From: an uncultured virus (IMG/VR IMGVR_UViG_2902975652_000003)
Lineage: Duplodnaviria > Heunggongvirae > Uroviricota > Caudoviricetes
IMG/VR virus record: IMGVR_UViG_2902975652_000003
Direction: 5' to 3' (one strand)
DNA: 20,000 nucleotides
This document shows positions 1 through 7,710 of the stretch, piece after piece (position 1 is the first letter of the stretch; every line of letters begins with the position of its first letter). The translations under genes were made by a program, and so were the position numbers. A model generated the notes under the pieces. The model ran no database searches. It worked only from the letters and a program-made list of their open reading frames with translations, and had not been told where the DNA came from.

Positions 1-35
1 ACAACGCCTTTTAATTCGTCTGAGTATTTAGCCAT
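1..35 (-). CDS. Terminase ATPase (large) subunit, first 12 codons only (gpP-like)
   Basis: Minus strand from ATG at 35 reads MAKYSDELKGVV, resembling N-termini of HP1-like terminases; divergent from the scaffold gene as P/O are in P2. Confidence 0.75.
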   Translation of the reverse strand, partial: MAKYSDELKGV

Positions 36-42
36 AGCCTTT

Positions 43-162
43 ATTATGCCTGCGCCTTTTTTATAAAACGGTGGCGTCAGTTCGTACTTATTCGGGAAAG
101 GCGTTATATCCGAACTGATAAGAATAAAGCGGCGTGCGGCGTCGGGTTTATTTCGTAATAAT
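43..162. promoter_or_regulatory. Divergent late promoter region with central inverted repeat (putative late-activator site)
   Basis: CATAAT on minus strand (48-43), AATAAT on plus strand (157-162), TTCGG(91-95)/CCGAA(110-114) dyad midway between them; no good -35 boxes. Confidence 0.6.
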
Positions 163-199
163 TCATTCCGCAACATGATGGCAGGCAATCAGGGGGGAT

Positions 200-1024
200 A
201 TGTCGCAATCGCATTTACGCACTGACTGGCTTTGCATCGCAACGGAAGGAGATACGGTTGATGGCCGGGAATTAAAAAGACAGTGGCTGGTTGATGCTGC
301 TGAAACTTATAACCGGGAGTGGTACGGGGCATTAATCTGGCCCGAGCACGAAAAGAATTGCGGAAACTTTGGTGAGGTGCTGGATGTAATGGGGGAGGAA
401 GGGGAGGACGGATTATACCGGCTTTATGCTCAGATACGCCCCAATGCTTACCTGCTCGAAGCGAACCGCTATGACCAGCTTATCTATTTCTCTGTTGAAC
501 TGACGCCAGACGGCAATTTTCGCAATACAGGCCGTACCTATCTGGAAGGGCTGGCGGTGACTGACAGACCGGCCAGCGTGGGAACAACCCGGCTGCGCTT
601 TAACAGGCGCAAGGCCAATAAAGCGGGTTATTACGGATGTGTAATTACCCGCGACGGTAAATTTATTCAGGAAAATGAAATGAAAAAGAACTGGCAGTCT
701 TATTTTGGTCTTAAACCGAAAACGAAAAACTTTGCCGAGGGCGATGAAACGGAAACGCCATCAGGCGACGATCAGCTTAATGTGCTGGCTAATGCCGTGA
801 ATGAACTGGAAGGCCGTATGGATGCGGTTGAAGTCCAGCTGAAAGAATTGTCCGGCGATATGGATAAGGTGGCCGAAGTCATGGATACCGAAGATTTCGC
901 GCGCCTGCGTGATAACCTCGGCACCATTCTGGCGAATTTTGGCAAGCTGGATGCAAAAATCACGACGCTGCCGAAGCGTAATTTTGGTCAGCAGGATAAG
1001 AAGCCGCGTTTTAACGTCCTTTAA
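200..1024 (+). CDS. gpO: Capsid scaffolding protein/protease (P2 gpO family)
   Basis: EGDTVDGR, WPEHE, YFSVE and YLEGLAVTDRPASVGT motifs of the gpO protease domain; coiled-coil-like C-terminus; SD AGGGGG; precedes capsid gene. Confidence 0.93.
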   Translation: MSQSHLRTDWLCIATEGDTVDGRELKRQWLVDAAETYNREWYGALIWPEHEKNCGNFGEVLDVMGEEGEDGLYRLYAQIRPNAYLLEANRYDQLIYFSVELTPDGNFRNTGRTYLEGLAVTDRPASVGTTRLRFNRRKANKAGYYGCVITRDGKFIQENEMKKNWQSYFGLKPKTKNFAEGDETETPSGDDQLNVLANAVNELEGRMDAVEVQLKELSGDMDKVAEVMDTEDFARLRDNLGTILANFGKLDAKITTLPKRNFGQQDKKPRFNVL

Positions 1025-1084
1025 TTTCGCCTTAACTCCCGTCACCGGGAATTAATTTATATCGCGTTAACGCGAGGGAAACTT

Positions 1085-2107
1085 ATGCAACTTAATCAAC
1101 GTGCGCGTGATCTCATTGGCGCATATTCCGCGGCACTCTGCCAGGGCTATAACGTCCAGCGGGCTGACCGTTATTTCTCGCTGACTGACCCGAAAGAAAC
1201 CGCGCTGCGCCTGGCACTGCTGGAAGCGGTGGAGTTTCTCAACATGATTACCTGTGCGGATGTGGATCAGCTGTCCGGCCAGGTGGTCAGCGTGGGTTCC
1301 TCTGCGCTGCATACCGGGCGCAAGGAAGGCGGCCGCTTCATGCGTAGCGTCGGTGTGGACGGCAACGATTATAAGCTGGTCGAAACCGATTCCTGCGCTG
1401 CGCTTAAGTGGGATTTACTGTCCGTCTGGGCAAATGCCGGTAAAGAGGAAAGCGAGTTTTTCAACCTCGTTCAGACCTTCTCTAACCAGGCGTTTGCGCT
1501 GGATATGCTGCGCATCGGTTTTAACGGTAAAAGCGTCGAAAAAACAACCGATCCGGAGAAAAACCCGAACGGCGAGGATGTGAATATCGGCTGGCATGAG
1601 CGCATGAAAGGCTTTGACGCCGGTAAGCAGATTATCACTGATGCCGTGGTGCTGGATGATAAAGGGGATTACCGCTCGCTTGATGCGATGGCGTCCGACC
1701 TCATCAACGCCAAAATTCCGCAGCAGTACCGCAACGATCCGCGCCTGGTGGTGCTGGTCGGTGCTGACCTGGTGGCGGCTGAACAGTACCGTCTGTACCA
1801 GAGCGCAGACCGCCCCAGCGAGAAAATCGCCGCCCAGATGCTGGGCAGTACCATCGCGGGCCGTCCGGCCATCGTGCCGCCGTTTATGCCTGGCAAGCGC
1901 ATGGTGGTAACACCACTGAGTAACCTGCACATCTACACCCAGCGCGGCACGCGCCAGCGTAAGGCTGAGTTTGTTGATGACCGCAAGCAGTTTGAAAACA
2001 AATACCTGCGCAACGAAGGTTACGCCGTTGAAGTGCCGGAGCTGTACGCGGCCATTGACGAAAACGCCGTGACCATCGGCCAGGTCACTGAGCCAGCGGA
2101 GGGCTAA
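1085..2107 (+). CDS. gpN: Major capsid protein (P2 gpN family)
   Basis: 340 aa; ALDMLRIGFNG, DVNIGW, LSNLHIYTQRG and NEGYAVE motifs typical of P2-family capsids. Confidence 0.95.
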   Translation: MQLNQRARDLIGAYSAALCQGYNVQRADRYFSLTDPKETALRLALLEAVEFLNMITCADVDQLSGQVVSVGSSALHTGRKEGGRFMRSVGVDGNDYKLVETDSCAALKWDLLSVWANAGKEESEFFNLVQTFSNQAFALDMLRIGFNGKSVEKTTDPEKNPNGEDVNIGWHERMKGFDAGKQIITDAVVLDDKGDYRSLDAMASDLINAKIPQQYRNDPRLVVLVGADLVAAEQYRLYQSADRPSEKIAAQMLGSTIAGRPAIVPPFMPGKRMVVTPLSNLHIYTQRGTRQRKAEFVDDRKQFENKYLRNEGYAVEVPELYAAIDENAVTIGQVTEPAEG

Positions 2108-2110
2108 CCG

Positions 2111-2809
2111 ATGGCACTTTCACCTGCACAGCGACACAGCCAGCGCATTGCAATGGAACAGCAGCTGCTGCGCCGCGAGGCCGTGGAGCGAGCTGAAAGC
2201 CTGCATTTGCAGATTCAGGCGCTGAATAACGACGTTGCCCACGTGCGCAACCTGCCGACCATCGCAGACCGTGAAGCGTATAAGCGTGATGTGCTGCTGC
2301 CGCGCTGGATGCCGACCGTTGAGAGCTATCTGGCAGGCGGCAAGGTCTACCCGAACCCGGTCTTTTCGTGGTGCGTGGTGTGGCTGTTTGATGCGGGCGA
2401 TTTTGAAAAGGCGCTGGCCTGGGCAGATATCGCCATTGAACAGCAGCAGCCGACGCCTGAGAACATCCGCAGCCATTTCCCGGCGTTTGTGGCGGATACC
2501 GTCCTGAGCTGGGCGGAAGCCACGGCGGCAGCGGGTGAAAGTGTCGAACCCTATTTTTCGCAGACCTTTGAGAAGGTCACGCAGTGCTGGCGCCTGCATG
2601 AGCAAATCACGGCTAAATGGTTCAAGTTCGCCGGGCTGCTGATGCTGCGTGATGACGAAGGTCAGCCACGCGCCACGGCGCTGGATGATGTGGAGACGCT
2701 GGAAAAGGCCGATGCGCTGCTGGCGTCAGCAGAAAAGCTTTATAAGCGCGTCGGGGTGGGAACGATGCGTGCGCAGATTGGCGCGCGTATCCGCAGCCTG
2801 ACGAAGTAA
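2111..2809 (+). CDS. gpM: Terminase small subunit (P2 gpM family)
   Basis: MALSPAQRH start, WLFDAGDFEKALAWADIAI motif, C-terminal VGV; follows capsid gene. Confidence 0.92.
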   Translation: MALSPAQRHSQRIAMEQQLLRREAVERAESLHLQIQALNNDVAHVRNLPTIADREAYKRDVLLPRWMPTVESYLAGGKVYPNPVFSWCVVWLFDAGDFEKALAWADIAIEQQQPTPENIRSHFPAFVADTVLSWAEATAAAGESVEPYFSQTFEKVTQCWRLHEQITAKWFKFAGLLMLRDDEGQPRATALDDVETLEKADALLASAEKLYKRVGVGTMRAQIGARIRSLTK

Positions 2810-2905
2810 CGACTACCGCAAGCCAGGCGGGCGCGGCTGAGGGCAAAACACATCGTGTAATGCGCCGTGGACGCCGGTCAGCCCGCCTTTTTATTCGGGG
2901 GATTC

Positions 2906-3358
2906 ATGTTTAACGGCAGGCCGCTGGAATACCAGGATGCACCGCTGACCAATAACGGCTTCTGGCCGGATCTGAACCTGAAAGATTTTCAGGCCCAGCG
3001 CGCACTACCGCCGGATATTGAGGCGGACACCATCGCGCAGGCGCTGATTGCCGCCGTGATGGAAGTCAATGCGGAGCTGGTCAGCGTGGAGGCCATGTAC
3101 AGGGCGCAGGGCCATGTGTCGGCGGCGGATGTGCCGGGCGTGATGATGGCAGGTATTAACGGGCTGTGCGCGCAGTACACGAAAGCCGTATTTGCCCGCG
3201 CCAAAGCGGATTTGCTGGGCGAGTTTGCCACCATCGGGCGACGTGAAACCCATCCGGGGCAGGAAAGTGACGAAACCCGCGCCGGACTGCTGGCCGAAGC
3301 CTCGGTGGCCATCCGGCGCATGAAGGGGCTTAAACGGGCCACGGTGAAAAAAGTATGA
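2906..3358 (+). CDS. gpL: Head completion/stabilisation protein (P2 gpL family)
   Basis: NNGFWPDL and YTKAVFARAKADLL motifs; start moved to ATG 2906 behind SD GGGGG. Confidence 0.9.
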   Translation: MFNGRPLEYQDAPLTNNGFWPDLNLKDFQAQRALPPDIEADTIAQALIAAVMEVNAELVSVEAMYRAQGHVSAADVPGVMMAGINGLCAQYTKAVFARAKADLLGEFATIGRRETHPGQESDETRAGLLAEASVAIRRMKGLKRATVKKV

Positions 3359-3855
3359 AAACGCAGCTGGAATCACTGACTGAATTTTTCAGTGAAAACA
3401 TCCCGGAGCGCGCCCGGCAGGGCTTTGACAGCGTGATTGATGAAATGCAGGTGGTGCCGGCGGCCAAAGATATGGGCCTTGACCAGTACCGGCAGGCGCT
3501 GATCCGCTACAACGCCTTACTGAGCTGGGAGCGTTTCCCGTATCGCCTCTGCCCGCCGCAGCTGCTGGTTTCGCTGCTGGAAGTCTGGCTGGACGAATAC
3601 GGCAGCGAACTGATGGAGCATGTCGGTATTACCGATGCCGATCCGCAGTGGGATGTCACGGTGGAGGATGCGGAAACCGCCACGGTGGTGCTGTCTGTGC
3701 CACTGGTGGAAGAACTGGTGATCCGCAGGGATGAGAAAGGCGCTATTCCGTTTCGCGGTGAGCGCTGGTCACTGGTTGATCCGGAAATCTGGACGGCATT
3801 AAGCGCCCAGGTGTACGGGGTGGATGAAACCGGCGCACCGATAGGGGATGCGTGA
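3355..3855 (+). CDS. Tail completion protein (gpR-like)
   Basis: 166 aa, ATGA overlap with gpL, RYNALLSWERFPY motif; position in HP1-like gene order. Confidence 0.75.
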   Translation: MKTQLESLTEFFSENIPERARQGFDSVIDEMQVVPAAKDMGLDQYRQALIRYNALLSWERFPYRLCPPQLLVSLLEVWLDEYGSELMEHVGITDADPQWDVTVEDAETATVVLSVPLVEELVIRRDEKGAIPFRGERWSLVDPEIWTALSAQVYGVDETGAPIGDA

Positions 3856-4562
3856 TGTTTGTCGGCGGAGAGCTGAACAAAAAGCAGCTGGCTGATTTGC
3901 GCGGGGCGCTGGCCAGTCTGGAGCTGCCGCCCCGAAAGCGTCAGCGCCTGCTGTGGCGTCTTGCGAAATACGGGCTGATCGCCGCGGCAAAACGCAACGT
4001 ACGCAACCAGCAGTCACCGGATGGCCAGGCATGGCCGGGCCGCCAGACGAAGCGCAAAGGAAAGATGCTGCGCAACATGCCGAAGCTGCTGCATATCCGG
4101 GAAATGCCGGAAATCGACGCGGTGAGGGTTTATCTGGCGGGCGGCGGCTACCGCAACGGCAAAACACCGGTTGCTGCCGGTGCCGTGGCCTGGAGCCAGC
4201 AGAACGGCATGAAGATGCGCATCAACCGCAGCGCGCAGCCACGCGAGGCGACGGCGGGAAAAATGGCCACCATCGCCCAGGCCAAAAAGCTACGGGCGCT
4301 GGGGTATCAGGTGAAGCGCGGGAAGCGGATGAAAAAGCCTGGCTACCGCGAGATTACCGAAACGATGTCTTATGCGCAGGCCGGTTTGCTGATCCGCAAA
4401 CTGACCGGCAGGGCAGCAAAAACAAGCTGGACAATCGACCTTCCCGCGCGTGCCTTTCTCGGCATGAGCGACGAAGAATTTAATAAGGCGCTGGCGCGCC
4501 AGCTGCAAGCCATTGGCTTTGGCTGGGATGTGAATGCGCAGGATATCAGGGGGAGACAATGA
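3852..4562 (+). CDS. Virion morphogenesis protein (gpS-like)
   Basis: NVRNQQSPDGQAWPGR and C-terminal LPARAFLG motifs; very basic; GTG 3852 or ATG 3855 region start. Confidence 0.85.
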   Translation: MMFVGGELNKKQLADLRGALASLELPPRKRQRLLWRLAKYGLIAAAKRNVRNQQSPDGQAWPGRQTKRKGKMLRNMPKLLHIREMPEIDAVRVYLAGGGYRNGKTPVAAGAVAWSQQNGMKMRINRSAQPREATAGKMATIAQAKKLRALGYQVKRGKRMKKPGYREITETMSYAQAGLLIRKLTGRAAKTSWTIDLPARAFLGMSDEEFNKALARQLQAIGFGWDVNAQDIRGRQ

Positions 4563-5686
4563 CCTGGCCAAGTGTGGACGTGAACCAGGTAAACCAGCTA
4601 CAGGGCGAAACCAGTGAGGTGGAGCGCGTGGTGTTGTTTACCGGCACGGCCAAAACCAATACCGGCAAAACGCTGGCCGTTACCGCGCAGACGGATTTTG
4701 ATGCGCTGCTGGGTGCCGCTGACAGCCCGCTTAAGCGTGACCTGAAGGCGGCACAGGCGAACGCAGGCCAGAACTGGTGGGCGTTTGTGCATCCGCTGGC
4801 TGAGGATGGCGGGGCGGATGCGTGGGTTAATGCGGTGCTGGCCGCGCAGGTGTCGTGTTCCGTGGAAGGCGTGGTGCTTTCGGATGATGTGACCGACAAG
4901 GCCGTGATTAACCAGGCTGCCACGCTGCGATCAACGCTGATTGCAAAATATGGCCGCTGGGTGTGGTTTGCCCTGGCGGTGCAGGGGATGCAGCCCGACG
5001 AAGGGCAGGCGGATTACCTCAAGCGCCTTTCTGAGCTACAGGCCGGAATTGCCGAAAAGGCGGTGCAGCTGGTTCCCCGTCTCTGGGGTAACGAGCCGGG
5101 CGTGCTGGCCGGACGGCTGTGTAACCGTGCCGTGACGGTGGCAGACAGCCCGGCGCGCACCAAAACCGGCGCGCTGCTGAGTCTCGGCAGCGATGAAATG
5201 CCGGTGGACGGCACCGGCGCGGTGCTGGAGCTGGCCACACTGCGCGCGCTGGAGGCGCAGCGCTACAGCGTGCCGATGTGGTATCCCGATTATGACGGCA
5301 TCTACTGGGCAGACGGGCGCACGCTGGACGTGGAAGGCGGTGATTATCAGTCCATCGAAACGCTGCGTATCGCGGATAAGGCCGCCCGCCGTGTGCGTCT
5401 GCTGGCCATCGGCAAGATTGCGGATCGCTCGCTGAACAGCACGCCGGGCAGTATTGCGGCGCATCAGTCGCTGTTTGCGAAGCCGCTGCGCGAAATGTCA
5501 AAGGCCGCTGAAATCAACGGCGTGACGTTTCCCGGTGAAGTAAAGCCGCCGCAGGATGGCGACGTGTCCATCGTCTGGAAAACAAAAAAGCAGGTGGAAA
5601 TTTACATCGTGGTACGCACGTATGAAGTGCCGCTGCAAATTTCGATTAGCCTGGTGCTTGATCAGAGTCTGGAGGCCAGCGCATGA
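4559..5686 (+). CDS. Tail sheath protein (HP1-type, DUF2586-like)
   Basis: MTWPSVDVNQVNQLQG start, GVLAGRLCNR and WYPDYDGIYWADG motifs; precedes tube gene. Confidence 0.88.
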   Translation: MTWPSVDVNQVNQLQGETSEVERVVLFTGTAKTNTGKTLAVTAQTDFDALLGAADSPLKRDLKAAQANAGQNWWAFVHPLAEDGGADAWVNAVLAAQVSCSVEGVVLSDDVTDKAVINQAATLRSTLIAKYGRWVWFALAVQGMQPDEGQADYLKRLSELQAGIAEKAVQLVPRLWGNEPGVLAGRLCNRAVTVADSPARTKTGALLSLGSDEMPVDGTGAVLELATLRALEAQRYSVPMWYPDYDGIYWADGRTLDVEGGDYQSIETLRIADKAARRVRLLAIGKIADRSLNSTPGSIAAHQSLFAKPLREMSKAAEINGVTFPGEVKPPQDGDVSIVWKTKKQVEIYIVVRTYEVPLQISISLVLDQSLEASA

Positions 5687-6138
5687 GTAAGCGTATTTCC
5701 GGTATGTCTTTTGATTTTTACATCGACGGCACGCTTGTCCATGCCGAAAAAATCACGCTCGACATTACCGACAACACCACGGCAGTACAGACGCGCGGCG
5801 TGCCGGATGGTTTCGTGGATGGCGATGTGTCTGCCGAAGGCGAAATTGAGTTCAGCATCAAGGCGCTGGCCGTGCTTAAGGGGCTGGCCCAGCGCTATGG
5901 CTCCTGGCGCGGCATCCCGCCGGTGGATTACCTCTTTTACGCGAAAGCGGGCGATGAGGAATCAAAGGTGGAGGCGTTCGGCTGCAAGATGAACCTGAGC
6001 AGCATTCTGGACATCGATCAGAAGGGCGGCGCGCTGTCCACGCGTAAGGTGAAATACCAGGTCACCGATCCGCGTTTTATTAACATTGACGGCGTTCCGT
6101 ATCTGGAACCGGAAGCCACTGAAAACCTCATCGGGTAA
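5683..6138 (+). CDS. Tail tube protein (HP1-type, DUF2597-like)
   Basis: 151 aa; MSKRISGMSFD, TRGVPDGFVDGDVSAEGE and INIDGVPYL motifs. Confidence 0.88.
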   Translation: MSKRISGMSFDFYIDGTLVHAEKITLDITDNTTAVQTRGVPDGFVDGDVSAEGEIEFSIKALAVLKGLAQRYGSWRGIPPVDYLFYAKAGDEESKVEAFGCKMNLSSILDIDQKGGALSTRKVKYQVTDPRFINIDGVPYLEPEATENLIG

Positions 6139-6147
6139 GGGAAGGGA

Positions 6148-6441
6148 ATGCAGGAATACGAAAAGGGCTTCTGGGCGCTGCTTATCATGGGCGGGCTTAT
6201 CGCCCTCGGCAAGATGCTGACCAGTGACGAGCCAATCACGATTCGCCTGGTGGCGGGCCGGGTGATTGTTGGCAGCGCGTTGTCACTGATGGCGGGCGTG
6301 GTGCTCTATCTGGTGCCGGATATTCACCCGCTGGCGCTGATTGGGTTTGGTTCGGCGCTGGGTATCCTGGGCTTAAGCGGTGTGGAAGCCTGGCTGCGTA
6401 AAAAGGGTATCAGCGGTTTATTCAGCAAGGGAGGCAATTAA
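6148..6441 (+). CDS. Holin (P2 gpY-like, three TM segments)
   Basis: GKMLTSDEPITIRLVAGR resembles P2 gpY; three hydrophobic segments and basic C-terminus; directly upstream of endolysin. Confidence 0.88.
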   Translation: MQEYEKGFWALLIMGGLIALGKMLTSDEPITIRLVAGRVIVGSALSLMAGVVLYLVPDIHPLALIGFGSALGILGLSGVEAWLRKKGISGLFSKGGN

Positions 6442-6783
6442 GTGACCTTAAGCGAAAAGCAGCAGTTGTTCACCGTCATGGTGGCCAGTCTCATCCACTG
6501 GGCCGAAGAAAAGGGCTATCGGCTGACCTTTGGCGAAGCGTACCGCACGCCTGAGCAGGCGGCGCTGAATGCGAAGAAGGGCAGCGGCATCAGCAACAGC
6601 CTGCATACCCAGCGCCTGGCCGTGGATTTTAATCTGTTCATCAACGGTAAATACGCCACGCGCACGGAAGATTATCTGCCGCTGGGCGAATACTGGGAAT
6701 CACTGGGCGGCAGCTGGGGCGGGCGTTTTAAAACCAACCCGGACGGCAATCATTTCAGCCTTGAACATAACGGGGTGCGCTGA
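6442..6783 (+). CDS. Endolysin, M15 zinc peptidase family
   Basis: GTG start after GGAGG; YRT, SLHTQRLAVD (SxHxxxxAxD) and WGGRF...DGNHF zinc-binding motifs. Confidence 0.9.
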   Translation: MTLSEKQQLFTVMVASLIHWAEEKGYRLTFGEAYRTPEQAALNAKKGSGISNSLHTQRLAVDFNLFINGKYATRTEDYLPLGEYWESLGGSWGGRFKTNPDGNHFSLEHNGVR

Positions 6784-7115
6784 TGAGCCGGGCCGCACTG
6801 GCGGTGATGGTTGCCCTGGTGCTGGCGTTCGCCGGGGGCTGGAAGGCCGCAGGCTGGCAGCGTGACAGCATCGACCTGGCCATCCAGCGCACCGCAGCGG
6901 CCACCGGCAAACAGGTGCAGGACGCGGCCAGCAAGTCGGGCCGGGCGCTGGAAGAAAAACTGGAGGCTTTACGCAATGCGTCACCGCGTGAAATCCGCAC
7001 GGAGCTGGTTAAGCCGGTGTTTACCAGCCGCTGTCTGTCTGATGAGTTTGTCAGCATGTACAACGACGCCACCGCCAGCGCCGAACGTGCGTTATCAGGA
7101 AAACCTGAAAACTAA
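6783..7115 (+). CDS. Inner-membrane spanin (Rz-like)
   Basis: N-terminal TM segment followed by helical/coiled-coil region; follows endolysin. Confidence 0.75.
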   Translation: MSRAALAVMVALVLAFAGGWKAAGWQRDSIDLAIQRTAAATGKQVQDAASKSGRALEEKLEALRNASPREIRTELVKPVFTSRCLSDEFVSMYNDATASAERALSGKPEN

Positions 7116-7275
7116 ATGCAGCACGCAGTTGCCGCGCCTGACCGGCACAACCGGCAGGGATGCGGCGGAATTATTAACCCTTTATCTGGAGCTGTACGGG
7201 CAGTGCGCCGCACGCCATAACCAGCTTGTTGACGAAATTAACCAAAGAGAGACGTTATTAAATGGAAAAAATTAA
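6976..7275 (+). CDS. Outer-membrane lipoprotein spanin (Rz1-like), overlapping the Rz-like gene
   Basis: ATG 6976 after GGAGG (6962-6966), alternative GTG 6988; basic N-terminus, lipobox LSAC, Pro-rich TTTPPPAP, then CAARHNQL. Confidence 0.75.
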   Translation: MRHRVKSARSWLSRCLPAAVCLMSLSACTTTPPPAPNVRYQENLKTKCSTQLPRLTGTTGRDAAELLTLYLELYGQCAARHNQLVDEINQRETLLNGKN

Positions 7276-7519
7276 ACTTGTCGTGGCCGGTACTGAAATT
7301 ACCTTTGAGCCGAACCAGACCGCCTATAACAAATTCATTAACGAAATGTCGATGGATAATAAAGTCGCCCCGGCGAATAACTATCTTAATCGTATTGTGG
7401 CGGCAGAAAGCAAAGAAGCGCTGGCCGAAATTATTAAGCGTCCGGGCGCGGCCCTGCAGCTGGTCGGGAAAATTAACGAGCTGTACGCGCCTGAACTGGA
7501 AATTGAAGTAAAAAACTAA
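7262..7519 (+). CDS. Tail assembly chaperone (lambda G / P2 E equivalent)
   Basis: 85 aa gene upstream of tape measure, ending GTA AAA AAC TAA. Confidence 0.85.
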   Translation: MEKIKLVVAGTEITFEPNQTAYNKFINEMSMDNKVAPANNYLNRIVAAESKEALAEIIKRPGAALQLVGKINELYAPELEIEVKN

Positions 7520-7710
7520 CAAAGCGAGTCCAGGCGATTGAGCAAAATGGGCTCGACCAGTATTTAATTTTACGCCGCCATTATCTGCCGACCGGGCAGG
7601 ATAATATTGATGATATTGCCGCCGCCATCTGGCTGGATAACCGCTACTGGGAAAATATGTCCGTGGCGGTAGCCAATGGCGTGGGCATCGCGTTTAAAGG
7701 CTCTGAATGA
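7516..7710 (+). CDS. -1 frameshift extension of tail chaperone (GT / E+E' equivalent)
   Basis: -1 frame is open from slippery A AAA AAC (7510-7516): LTKRVQAIEQNGLDQYLILRRHYLP...IAFKGSE; its TGA (7708-7710) overlaps the tape measure ATG. Confidence 0.8.
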   Translation, partial: LTKRVQAIEQNGLDQYLILRRHYLPTGQDNIDDIAAAIWLDNRYWENMSVAVANGVGIAFKGSE

